Assembly (NCBI GenBank): GCA_022009675.1
Contig: CP091718.1
Location: 1,373,520 to 1,437,519, forward strand
Direction: 5' to 3'
DNA: 64,000 bases
DNA from: Oscillospiraceae bacterium
GTDB lineage: Bacteria > Bacillota > Clostridia > Oscillospirales > CAG-272
Shown piece by piece: positions 7,961 through 18,245 of the stretch. The translations under genes were made by a program, and so were the position numbers. Below the pieces are notes generated by a model that was not told the DNA's origin, made no database searches, and worked only from the letters and a program-made list of their open reading frames with translations. Position 1 is the first letter of the stretch; each line of letters begins with the position of its first letter.

Positions 7961-10035
7961 CGGGTGATTCCCTCTTTCTTTTTTTCGTCCTCTTTTTCGT
8001 CTTGGGACTTCTGCGCCCTGGCACGTCCGGGGTTCTCCAAATCAATGGCATTCTGCATTTCCGCCGCATTTTCGGCGTCCCGGTTGACTTCGTCCGGCTC
8101 CTTGAAGGTCGGCACGACCTGCTTGAGCGCTTCACGGATAAGCGGCGACTCCACTTCGTCGGCGGAAGCCTCTACCGCCTGACGCAGGATATCCAGCTCG
8201 CCGTCCACTTCCTCGCGGGTGGGCGGCTGTTCGGTCTCAATGTAGATGAGGTCATTCGCCGTTTTCCGGCAGGTTTCCCGATCGGTCAGCAGCTCCTCGT
8301 ACAGCTTCTCGCCGGGGCGGAGTCCCGTCTCGATGATCTGCATACTCTTATACGGCACATAACCGGACATATAGACGAGGTTTTCCGCCAGACTGCGGAT
8401 ATGTACCGGGGCGCCCATGTGCAGGACGAACAGTTCACCCGCGTTAGCCATGGCGCCCGCCTGCATGACGAGCTGGCTCGCCTCCGGAATGGTCATGAAA
8501 TACCGCGTGACGCGGAAATCCGTAACGGTTACGGGACCGCCCGCCGCAATCTGTTGCTGGAACAGCGGCACAACGGAGCCGCTGGAGCCCAGCACGTTCC
8601 CGAAGCGCACGGCGGTGAACACGGTTCCGGAGTCCCGCCGGCACTGGATCACGCGCTCGCACATCCGTTTGGACGCACCCATGATGTTGGTGGGATTGAC
8701 CGCCTTGTCGGTGGAGATCAGCACAAAGCGGCTGACGCCGTACTTCTCTGCAACGTTGGCGGTGTTGTAGGTGCCGATGACGTTGTTCTTGATCGCCTCA
8801 CAGCCGTTGCACTCCATCAGCGGCACGTGCTTGTGCGCGGCGGCGTGGAACACGACGTCGGGGCGGTAGCGGCGGAAGGTTGCATCCAGCCGCCGGACGT
8901 CCCGCACGGAACCGATCTCGTCGATCAGCTCAAACGCGTCCTTATACTTCCTGCGCAGTTCCAGGCACAGCTTGTAGACGCCCTCCTCCTGGATATCCAG
9001 CACGATCAGCTTCTTCGGGTGGCACCGGGCAATCTGCCGGCAGATTTCACTGCCGATGGAACCGCCGCCGCCCGTGACCAGCACGGTCTTGTCCCGATAG
9101 AAGGCGCGGGTAGCGTCGTCGTTGACCTTCAGCGCATCGCGCCCCAGCAGGGACACATAATCCTCCTCGGTCAGGGACCGGATCAGTCCCGGCTCGCGCG
9201 GCTCGGAGCATACCTTGACCTTACAGCCTGTCCGGCTGTACATATCGCACAGCGCAGTCAGTGCCTCCGCCGGGAGCTTGGGGAGCGCGATGAAAATTTC
9301 CTGTACCGGCATACTTTGCAGGCGCTCCACGATACCGTCCTTTTCATCGTACACCCTGAGTCCGCACAGGGTCGAGCCGATCTTTATCGGGTCAATGTCC
9401 ACGAAGCAGTAGGGCTTGTAGTGCGACTCCGGATTACAGTTGAGCTGCTCTGCGAGAAGCTGCCCCATCTGCCCTGCGCCCACAATGGCGATATTGATGC
9501 GGTTCTCCCGCTCCGCCGTGGGGCGGAACAGGCGCCCGCCGTTCTCGTTCAACCGGGCATGAACCAACTGGTAGGAAAAGCGCATGGAGAGCGTTCCCAG
9601 TGCGAACAGAGCCATGACGCAGAAGGTCTGCCAGAAGCCGATATGGATGCCCGTCACCTTCTCATGCAGGTTGCGGTTGATGATGTAGGCGATCATACCG
9701 CTGACCGTATCCGAGACGAGCATGGTCATGTACGCCGTGACGTTGGGGTAGCGCCAGATATTCGCATAGGCACGGACCAGCAGGCGTCCCGCCATGATGC
9801 ATACCGCTATTACGAGCAGGCAACGCCAGTACGTCCGGATGGAGTACATGCCGCCGCCGGCTTCCTTGTCGGCAAAGAACAGCACCAGCAGGAACATCAG
9901 GCACAGCCATGCAATGTCGATCAGTGCAAGCAGAAACCGCCGCCCCTTGCCGCTGAGCGGTCCGAATGGGAACCGCCGGCGCGCGGTCTTTGCCTCTTTG
10001 GTTTCGTCACTGTGTTTTACATTGCGCTCTGTCAT
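7957..10035 (-). CDS. Membrane-anchored polysaccharide biosynthesis NDP-sugar 4,6-dehydratase/epimerase (CapD/WbpM/PglF family)
   Basis: N-terminal TM segments, two Rossmann motifs (IVGAGQMG, VTGGGGSIGSE) and TNIMGASKRMCE. Has a Lys/Glu-rich C-terminal tail. Confidence 0.85.
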   Translation of the reverse strand: MTERNVKHSDETKEAKTARRRFPFGPLSGKGRRFLLALIDIAWLCLMFLLVLFFADKEAGGGMYSIRTYWRCLLVIAVCIMAGRLLVRAYANIWRYPNVTAYMTMLVSDTVSGMIAYIINRNLHEKVTGIHIGFWQTFCVMALFALGTLSMRFSYQLVHARLNENGGRLFRPTAERENRINIAIVGAGQMGQLLAEQLNCNPESHYKPYCFVDIDPIKIGSTLCGLRVYDEKDGIVERLQSMPVQEIFIALPKLPAEALTALCDMYSRTGCKVKVCSEPREPGLIRSLTEEDYVSLLGRDALKVNDDATRAFYRDKTVLVTGGGGSIGSEICRQIARCHPKKLIVLDIQEEGVYKLCLELRRKYKDAFELIDEIGSVRDVRRLDATFRRYRPDVVFHAAAHKHVPLMECNGCEAIKNNVIGTYNTANVAEKYGVSRFVLISTDKAVNPTNIMGASKRMCERVIQCRRDSGTVFTAVRFGNVLGSSGSVVPLFQQQIAAGGPVTVTDFRVTRYFMTIPEASQLVMQAGAMANAGELFVLHMGAPVHIRSLAENLVYMSGYVPYKSMQIIETGLRPGEKLYEELLTDRETCRKTANDLIYIETEQPPTREEVDGELDILRQAVEASADEVESPLIREALKQVVPTFKEPDEVNRDAENAAEMQNAIDLENPGRARAQKSQDEKEDEKKKEGITR

Positions 10036-10832
10036 GAATCAACACCCGTATTTCCCGTCGCACGGGAATTCCTCTCACACGAATAAGTTTCTGCTGTTTC
10101 CGACGGTGCTTCCGGTTTTCCGGTAGCCCAGAACGCGCCCGCCAGCAGACAGCGCGGCGCGGCGTACAGGAGAAGCGGGACAAAGACGCCGAGTGCGCAG
10201 ACAAGGCAGCATCCCAGCATCCGCACACGGAGACGGAATGTGTCGCGGAGTCCGCGCGTGCGTCGCCAGCCGCAGGCAAGGTGCCCAGCCGCCAGTGCGG
10301 TGCCGGCGTAGCCTGCACGCAGACCCGAAAGCCACAGGATAAACAGTCCGTACCCGATCGCCGGCAGGATCAGTGCGGCGCGCGGAAAACCGTCAGTCAG
10401 CCGCAGTGCAAGTACCGGGGGCAGGACTGCCAGCGCCGACCATGCCGCCGCTTCCAGCCCGACGGTCAGGCAAAGCCCGTATGCGCCGGGGGAGGTGAAG
10501 GGGTACAGGCATTCCGAAAGCCGCATTGCCATGCCCGGTGCACCGTCTGCCCGGACGTCCGGTGCCACCGCCAGCAGGATCGCCAGCCGGTACACCGCCG
10601 CGCCCAGCGGCAATGCGAACACGACAACAGGAAGAAGGCGGACTGCCCACAGCCACGGGGGCAAGGGGATTCCGCACTGTTCCAGAGCCGCCTCTGCACA
10701 GGCGAGCATCCACTCCCCCGTGTACAGGAATATCAGGTACAGGATCAGTGCCAGCATCAGGGTGAAGCGCGGCGATGCCCGACCGGAGAGTCGGTCCCCC
10801 GCCTGACACCATGCTTTCCGGGGGGCGTTCAT
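10032..10832 (-). CDS. Polytopic membrane protein, unknown function
   Basis: Hydrophobic, multi-helix sequence beginning MNAPRKAW. There are ATGA overlaps at both ends, with nagA upstream and the CapD-like gene downstream. Confidence 0.5.
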   Translation of the reverse strand: MNAPRKAWCQAGDRLSGRASPRFTLMLALILYLIFLYTGEWMLACAEAALEQCGIPLPPWLWAVRLLPVVVFALPLGAAVYRLAILLAVAPDVRADGAPGMAMRLSECLYPFTSPGAYGLCLTVGLEAAAWSALAVLPPVLALRLTDGFPRAALILPAIGYGLFILWLSGLRAGYAGTALAAGHLACGWRRTRGLRDTFRLRVRMLGCCLVCALGVFVPLLLYAAPRCLLAGAFWATGKPEAPSETAETYSCERNSRATGNTGVDS

Positions 10833-12025
10833 ACGGCACCCCGGTTTGCGGAGCCGCAGAACACGCCGCCGCACATGACCTGCGCGGGGGTTCCGTCGGC
10901 GTTCAGAATCAGCAGGTCGGCGCGCTTGCCCGGCTCCAGCGAGCCGATCTCGTGCTCCAGCCCGACCTCTATGGCAGGTGCCATGGTTGCGGCGTACACC
11001 GCCGTCCCGAAGCTGACGCCGGCAAAGGCGGCGTAATTCCGCACGCCGTCCAGCAGGGAGAGGGTGCTTCCGGCGATTGCACCGTCGTGCGTGCGTGCCT
11101 TGCCGTCCTTCACCGTGACGGGCATCCCGGCGATCCGATACTCGCCGTCCGGGCAACCGGTTGCCTCCATGGAATCGGTTATCAGCACCAGCCGCTCCCG
11201 CTTGAGCGTTGCCGCCAGCCTGACCATCTCCGGGGCGATATGGAACCCGTCGCAGATCAGTTCACAGGAGATGTCCGGTGACAGCAGTGCCGCGCAGACC
11301 GCACCGCCCGCCCGATGATGCAGGGGCGGCAGGGCGTTAGTACAGGTGCGTGACAGCGGTTGCGCCGTCGGCGAACGCCCGCATTGCCTGCTCGTAGGTT
11401 GCCATTGAATGCCCGAGACCTACGGTCGCGCCGCAGGACAGAGCCCGCCGGAGAAAGCTGCCGTCGGCATCCAGTTCCAGTGCAGCCGTCACGTGCCGCA
11501 CGCCCGGCATGGCACGGAGGAAGCCCTCCAGCTCATCCGCATCCAGGGGTGCCAGCAGCTCCGGCGCGTGGGCGCCGCGCTTGGCGGGGTTCAGGTACCG
11601 CCCCTCCAGATGGACACCCGCAATGTGTGCCCGCCGACCGGCAAGCGAGGGATCGCTTTCCTGCGCCGCCGTCTCGCCGATGCGCCGGATGGCTTCACGG
11701 AGCGCTGTCGGCTCCGCCGATGCCAGCGTCGGAAGAACCGTTGTCACGCCGGAGGCAAGGTAGCTTGCCAGCATCTGCTCCAGCATGGCACCGTCAGCGG
11801 AGCCGAAATCCCCGCCTGCCCTGCCATGGGTGTGTATATCCACCAGTCCCGGCAGGACAGTCCGCCCGCCGACGTCCAGTACGGCACCGTCAGGCAGTTT
11901 TTTTCCCTGCGCGCGGAGATGCCGCGCGAGACCTCCGCAATGCGTCCGCCCTCAAGGAGCAGATCACCGCGAAAGAATCCGCGCGCGGCGGCATCATATA
12001 TAGCAGCGTTTGCAATCAGCAGCAT
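10829..12025 (-). CDS. nagA: N-acetylglucosamine-6-phosphate deacetylase, broken into three ORFs
   Basis: Motifs LPGLVDIHTHGRAGGDF, HLEGRYLNP, THLY|NALPPLHHR and LITDSMEA. One frame break is at 11337-11340 (an extra T creates TAA); another is near 11890-11915. Confidence 0.8.
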
Positions 12026-12335
12026 AAATAACGGCACCCTTTTCCTGCATTTCTGTCCGTCCCGGACAGCCTGCGGCATTCAGTCCCTTCATTATAGCAG
12101 ATATTCACCTTTTTTTCAAGAGGAAATCATGTTTTTCTGCGGAAACAACACTTGCTTTTTTTGCTTCGCGGTAACGGGCGGAACCGGCGCCGTCAGGCAG
12201 GCAAAATCCGAAGGCTGCATGACTGTCCGGCAGCGCGCAGAAATTGCGCTGACAAATTCCATAAAAAGGTATTTACAAAACCGGCGCCGTATGGTAAAAA
12301 TAGGTACAACGTAAGGGAAGGAGGTGCGGGAACCC

Positions 12336-13152
12336 ATGAGACTGGACAAATTTCTGAGCCTGTGCGGCAAGGCAAGCCGGAGCGAAACGCTTCGTTCCGT
12401 CCGCCGCGGAGAGATAACAGTCAACGGGGTGCCTGCCCGACGGGGCGATTGCCCGGTGGAGCCGGACACGGACACGGTTGTGTTCCGGGGCGAAACCGTC
12501 GTGTACCGACCGTACACCTACGTCATGCTCCACAAGCCGGACGGAGTGGTCAGTGCTACCGAGGACAGGCTGGCAGGGGAGCCGACGGTGCTGGATCTGC
12601 TCCCGCCGGAGCTGACGCGCCTGCGGCCGGGGCTGTTTCCCTGCGGGCGGCTGGACAAACATACAACGGGACTCATGCTGCTGACCAACAACGGCAAGCT
12701 GGCGCACCGCCTGCTGTCGCCGGCACGCCATGTGGATAAAAACCTATGCCTTTACGGTGAAGTTTCCGCTGTCGGCGGAGGATGTTGCCGCACTGGAGTC
12801 CGGCGTGAGCCTCCGGAACGCGGACGGCGGTACGGACTGCGTAACGGTTCCCTGCCGCGTGGAGCTGACGGACTGCACCGGCAGGGGTGCCGCCGGGCGC
12901 ATCACCCTGCACGAGGGCAAGTACCACCAGATCAAGCGCATGATGGAGGCGCGGCACAATCAGATAACCTCGCTCGCGCGCCTGACCTTCGGTCCGCTGG
13001 TGCTGGATCCCGCGCTCGCGCCCGGCGCGTGGCGCCTGCTGACCGACGCCGAGACGGCGGCACTGGAGAACTGCGGCGGCGCGGATACAGGAGCACCTGC
13101 CGACGCGACCGACGTTTCCACAGCTTCCCGGAATACGGAAAAAGATAAATAA
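12336..13152 (+). CDS. Pseudouridine synthase, RsuA/RluB family with an S4 domain; one frame break near 12738-12745
   Basis: MRLDKFL S4 start, catalytic GRLDKHTTGLMLLTNNG, and HEGKYHQIKRMM. ORFs 12324..13148 and 12730..13152 together cover the gene. Confidence 0.8.
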
Positions 13153-13178
13153 ATCATTATTTGAGAAGGAGAAACACT

Positions 13179-14432
13179 ATGGCAGACCGTTTTCTGATCA
13201 CACACTGGTGCGGAGTTCCGCACAAATATGTCCGCCATGCCGACGGCACGCTGGCAACAGAGCGCTTTGAGGAAATGAAAGCGGCGGGCATCAATCTGAT
13301 CGGCACCTACGATTACGGCTACGAAACGAACTGCGAGGTGCTGGCGCTCTGTGAGCGGCTGGGACTGCGCGTCACGCTGTCCGACGACCGTATCGGTCGG
13401 GCAATCGGCGACGGGAACCACCGTGCCGAGCTGCTGCGTGCGGTCGTGCGGGATTACGCCGGCTATCCGGCTCTGCACGGTTACCACATCACGGATGAGC
13501 CGAACAGCGGCGCTTTCCCCGCGCTGGCGGCGGTGCGGCAGATCCTTGCCGATCTGGATCCGGTACACGAAGCGTACATCAACCTGTTCCCCAACTATGC
13601 TTCTGCGGAGATGCTGGGCAACCCCACCTACTATGACCACGTGCGGCAGTTTGCCGATACCGTCAGCCCTGCAATCATCAGCTATGACCACTACCATTTA
13701 ATCAAGGGTGAGCCGATGGAATCGGACGATATGGGCAGCCGGCGTGAGAATCAGATATACGAGGCGGCGTTCCGCAAGGTCGAGCGCCCCGGCTTCTTTG
13801 ACAACATCGAGGACGTCCGCCGTGTCAGTGCCGAGACGGATACGCCCTTCATGGTTATCGTGCTTGTGGTGGAGCATGGTCCCTACCGCAACCTGACCGA
13901 GGCGGAGATCCGCTGGGAAGTGTTCCAGTCCCTGGTGTACGGTGCCCGCCGGCTGTCCTACTTCACCTACTGGACGCCCGGCGTGGACACCGAGGAGGGC
14001 GACGATATGTGGCACTGGCGGAACGGCATGATTTCCAAGACCGGCGAGCAGACCCCGCACTATCACATGGTGGCACGCATCAACCGTGACCTGTCCGTGC
14101 TGGGCGATACGCTGATGGGGCGCGAAAGCCGCGCGGTATTCCATCTGGGGCAGGTGCCGGACGGAAAGGTGACCTACTGGAGCGGTGCCTTCCGTGATGT
14201 GATGTCCATGCAGGCAGAGGCGGTAACGGCAGGCTTCTTTGACGGCGGGTATGTCCTGCTGGCAAACAAGGACTATGAGAATCCTTCCCCGGTGACATTT
14301 ACCGTCACGCCCGGAAGGCGCGTCATGCATATGGACAAGGCGACCGGACTGTGGGTCGTTACGCATGAGCAGGACGGTGCCTATACCCTGACGCTGGCTC
14401 CCGGCGACGGCGAGCTGGTTCGCATAGACTGA
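13179..14432 (+). CDS. Hypothetical protein, possibly a glycoside-hydrolase-like TIM barrel
   Basis: Intact 417-aa ORF with an RBS (agaaggag) 7 nt upstream of ATG 13179. The call rests only on weak recollection of GH42-like motifs (HITDEPN, FPNY). Confidence 0.4.
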   Translation: MADRFLITHWCGVPHKYVRHADGTLATERFEEMKAAGINLIGTYDYGYETNCEVLALCERLGLRVTLSDDRIGRAIGDGNHRAELLRAVVRDYAGYPALHGYHITDEPNSGAFPALAAVRQILADLDPVHEAYINLFPNYASAEMLGNPTYYDHVRQFADTVSPAIISYDHYHLIKGEPMESDDMGSRRENQIYEAAFRKVERPGFFDNIEDVRRVSAETDTPFMVIVLVVEHGPYRNLTEAEIRWEVFQSLVYGARRLSYFTYWTPGVDTEEGDDMWHWRNGMISKTGEQTPHYHMVARINRDLSVLGDTLMGRESRAVFHLGQVPDGKVTYWSGAFRDVMSMQAEAVTAGFFDGGYVLLANKDYENPSPVTFTVTPGRRVMHMDKATGLWVVTHEQDGAYTLTLAPGDGELVRID

Positions 14433-14464
14433 TAAATATGCTCTCTTGATAGGAGGTTTTTTCC

Positions 14465-15254
14465 ATGAAACGCATTCTTTCTGTTGCCCTGATTCTGCTG
14501 CTTTCCGCCTCAACGCTGGCATCCTGTAACCCGGATACCGGCTCGGAATCCGGCACGACTGCCGCAATCGATGCGATCGGCGGATCCGTGACGGGGACCG
14601 CGACCGAAACGCAGACCGAAATGCCCACCGAGACCGTCACGGAGCCCGGGACGGACGCGCCCACGGAGCCTCCGACCGAGGCTTCCGCCGAGCCGTCCGA
14701 TACCGAGGCGCCCGACCCGCTCGAGACGCCCGTGCGCGTCGGAACCAGCTATGACGGCAAGACAGCCTGCTATGACGGCAGACTGCGCCATATGTATGAG
14801 TCCTTCTCGACCAGCTACGGCGGAACCTTTGATTCGGTGCAGGAAGCGATGGACAGCCTTGCCGGAATAGGCGGCGCTATCAGTGCGGCTTCTAACGGTG
14901 ACATCGGGCTTTGCCTGTCTGTCAAGGTTCCGGATGACGGCAAGAAGTACATCCTGTACTACAACTTCAACAACTGCGACTTCGTGTTCAACTTCGGCTG
15001 TACGTTTGACGACGGGAACGGCGGCTATGCGTACTACTCCGCACTCAATATTCTGGACGATATGCCAGAGGATCTGGACGGCTGTCATGTGTACGTCTGG
15101 AGCGAGGAGGAAGGTCTGGAGCCCGGTTACTACCTCATGACATGGGTCGGAAACAGGGAAGGGAACCGTCGGTCGCAACTACCGCTACGATAAGGAGGGC
15201 GACCTTGCCGAGACGTGGGAGGGTCTGCCCAAAGGCGAGTCATACTTTGACTGA
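14465..15254 (+). CDS. Lipoprotein with a Thr/Glu/Pro-rich linker, unknown function; frame break near 15155-15165
   Basis: Signal peptide plus lipobox LASC. After the break the frame reads GKGTVGRNYRYDKEGDLAETWEGLPKGESYFD-TGA (15252-15254), followed by hairpins. Confidence 0.6.
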
Positions 15255-15262
15255 TGCTTCCG

Positions 15263-15288
15263 AAGGACCGGGCGCGCCCCGGTCCTTT
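15263..15288 (+). terminator. Stem-loop after the lipoprotein gene; a second hairpin lies at about 15310-15337
   Basis: aaggaccggg / cgcgc / cccggtcctt. The second hairpin is ggcaatgccgcac..tgcggcattgcc. Confidence 0.5.
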
Positions 15289-15375
15289 CCGACTGCCGCC
15301 CTGCTTTCCGGCAATGCCGCACACTGTGCGGCATTGCCTTTCATAACCACGAGAACTGAAACGGAGAGATAGTAA

Positions 15376-17531
15376 ATGGATATCATACAGACACTGGCAC
15401 AGCAACTGAACCTGACTGCGGAGCAGGTCGGAAAAACGGTACAGCTGATCGACGAAGGGAACACCATTCCCTTCATTGCCCGGTACCGCAAAGGAGGTCA
15501 CGGGCAGTCTGGACGACAGCGTCCTGCGCACGTTGGACGAAAAGCTGACAGCACTGCGCAACCTTGCCCAGCGGAAGCAGGAGGTGCAGGATCTGATCGG
15601 CGCGCAGGGCAAGCTGACCGAGGAGGTTCGCGCAGCCATTGAGCGTGCCGCCACCGTCACCGAGGTGGACGACATCTACCGCCCCTTCCGCCCCAAGCGC
15701 AAGACCCGCGCCTCGGTCGCGCGGGAGCGGGGATTGGAGGATCTGGCGATCCTGCTGTTCGCGCAGGAAAAGAGCTATACGCCGTCCATCGAGGAGCAGG
15801 CGGCAGGTTTTGTGGATCCCGAACGCGAGGTGCCGGATGTTGCCGCCGCCCCTGCAGGGAGCCATGGACATCGTGGCGGAGGAGGTGTCTGACAATGCCG
15901 ACTATCGGCGTGAATTGCGCCGCCTGACCTTTGACGCCGGCTCGCTGACCAGCAAAGCCGCCAAGGAGGAGGATTCGGTGTATGCCATGTACTATGATTT
16001 CTCCGAGCCGCTCCGCAAGCTGCCCGGGCACCGCATCCTTGCCATCCACCGCGGCGAGAAGGAGGAGTTCCTCAAGGTGGCGCTGACGGTGCCGGAGGAT
16101 GTCGTGTTGGGATACCTGTACAACCGGGTGCTGTCCGGCAACCGCTCGCCGGCGGAGCCTTACGTGCGGGAAGCCGTCACCGATGCGTACAACCGGCTGA
16201 TAGCCCCCTCCATTGAGCGCGAGATCCGGAACGACCTGTTTGACACCGCCTGTGAGGGCGCCATCAAGGTGTTCTCGGACAACCTCGGGCACCTGCTCAT
16301 GCAGCCGCCGCTCAAAGGGAAGGTTGTACTGGGCTTTGATCCCGGCTACGCGCACGGCTGTAAGCTGGCGGTGGTCGATCCGACCGGCAAGGTGCTGGAT
16401 ACCGCCGTGGTCTATCCGACCATCAAGCCCCGCGCGGAGGAGGCGGCACGCGTGGTCAAGCGGCTGATCCGCAACTACGCCGTGGACGTGGTCGCCATCG
16501 GAAACGGCACTGCATCACGGGAGAGTGAGGCATTCATTGCCGGACTGCTGAAGCAGATTGAGAAGCCCTGCAAGTATATCATCGTCAGCGAGGCGGGCGC
16601 GTCGATCTATTCCGCGTCCCAGCTGGCGGCGGAGGAATTCCCGGATTTCGACGTGATGCAGCGCTCCGCCGTGTCCATTGCGCGGCGACTCCAGGATCCG
16701 CTGGCGGAGTTGGTCAAGATCGATCCCAAGGGCATCGGCATCGGGCAGTACCAGCATGACATGAAGCAGGCGCGGCTGGATGAGGCGCTGGGCGGTGTGG
16801 TCGAGTCCTGCGTCAATGCGGTCGGCGTGGACATCAATACCGCCTCCTACTCCCTGCTTTCCTACATTGCCGGCATCAATCAGACCGCCGCGAAGAATAT
16901 CGTGAAGTACCGGGAGGAAAACGGAGCCTTTACCACGCGCGGGCAGGTGACGAAGGTGCCGCGCATCGGTGCCAAGGCATTCCAGCAGTGCGCCGGATTT
17001 CTCCGCGTTCCCGGCGGGCGCGAGGCACTGGACAACACCGGCGTGCATCCCGAATCCTATGACTGCGCGCGCCGCCTGCTTTCCATGTTCGGGTACAGCG
17101 AGGCGGATATTGCGAACGGCGGGCTGACCGGACTGCGGCAGAAGGTTACAAGGAAAGGGATGCAGTCGGTCTGCGAGGCGCTGGAGGTTGGGGAGCCGAC
17201 GCTTGCCGACATCATCACGGAGCTGGAGAAACCGGGACGCGATATCCGCGAGGGCTTTGACGCGCCCGTACTGCGGGAGGACGTCCTGTCGATGGAGGAT
17301 CTCAGACCGGACATGATCCTGACGGGGACGGTGCGCAACGTGACGGATTTCGGCGCGTTTGTGGACATCGGCGTCCACCAGGACGGGCTGGTTCACCTCT
17401 CCCAGCTTGCCGACCGGTTCATCCGGCACCCCTCCGAGGTCGTCTCACTGGGCGATGTCGTGCGCGTCAAGGTGCTGGCGGTGGACGTGAAGAAGAAGCG
17501 CATCTCGCTGACCATGAAATTCAAAGAGTAA
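15376..17531 (+). CDS. tex: Tex-like RNA-binding transcription accessory protein (YqgF/HhH/S1 domains), two frame breaks
   Basis: IPFIARYRKE|VTGSLDD, with a break near 15493-15497; ...VAAA|LQGAMDIVAEEV, with a break at the C4 run 15849-15852. The C-terminal S1 domain reads GTVRNVTDFGAFVDIG. Confidence 0.85.
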
Positions 17532-17711
17532 CAGGTTTTTCAGCGTTTTCTAAAAAATTGCCGATTCATTCACATGGAGTTCATCAATGTGGTCTATAAT
17601 AAGAGCGTATTAAAGGAATTTCGCCGCGTGCGGTTCCGATAGCAGGTGTGTATGCCGGTGTGCAGGCATCGCGCACGCAGACCTGCAAGAAAGAGAGAAG
17701 GAGGATATACC

Positions 17712-17979
17712 ATGTGCCCGTTCTGGAAGAGGAAAAAGAAGAAGTACACCGCGCTGAAGGTCGTCGCCATTGTTTTTCACTGCGCTTGCCGCGCTGGCGG
17801 GAGCCTATGTGATCTTTTGAGAAGTTTTTTTCAAGGAAAAGCTTCTGAAGAAGCTGGGTAAGGGGTGCTGTGAGGACGAGTGTGCCGGTCTTGCCGATGA
17901 GGTCGAGGATGCGGACGACACTGCCGAGTGCCAGGTCGTAGAGCCTGCCGCCGAGGAAGTCCCGGCAAACGAGGCGTAA
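17712..17979 (+). CDS. Small single-pass membrane protein with a Cys-rich acidic tail (conceptual; frame break plus an in-frame TGA or compensating indels)
   Basis: RBS gaaggagg precedes ATG 17712. Conceptual reading: MCPFWKRKKKKYTALKVVAIVF|TALAALAGAYVIF*EVFFKEKLLKKLGKGCCEDECAGLADEVEDADDTAECQVVEPAAEEVPANEA-TAA. Confidence 0.35.
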
Positions 17980-18065
17980 TCGGTCGTGTCCGACAGCCAT
18001 CTCGGACCGGATTCCGTTTTCGCTGGTGCAATGCCGCCCAATGACGGTGACACAGAAGATGGGTA

Positions 18066-18100
18066 GGGGAAACCGGTTGCGGTTTCCCCCTTGCTTGTTT
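18066..18100 (+). terminator. Rho-independent terminator
   Basis: ggggaaaccg / gttg / cggtttcccc followed by cttgcttgtttgc. Confidence 0.65.
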
Positions 18101-18245
18101 GCAGATATCAGTGGTGGCGGCGGGTATCCGGGGGTGACGCCGCACGGCGTGTCGGCTCCCGGTACAGGTAGCCGCGCCGCAAGCCGGAGTAGCCCGGGTT
18201 ATCAGAAAGGTGCCTTTGACTTATGGAGAAAGGAAATTGATACCT

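Noticed and set aside
12129-12314. A 61-codon Cys-rich ORF (MFFCGNNTCFFCFAV...) with an RBS-like sequence in the nagA/pseudouridine-synthase divergent intergenic region.
   Set aside because: The region is AT-rich promoter DNA and contains a TTTACA-17-TAAAAA promoter candidate for the downstream gene. The codon usage is unlike neighbouring genes, and I recognise no motif.
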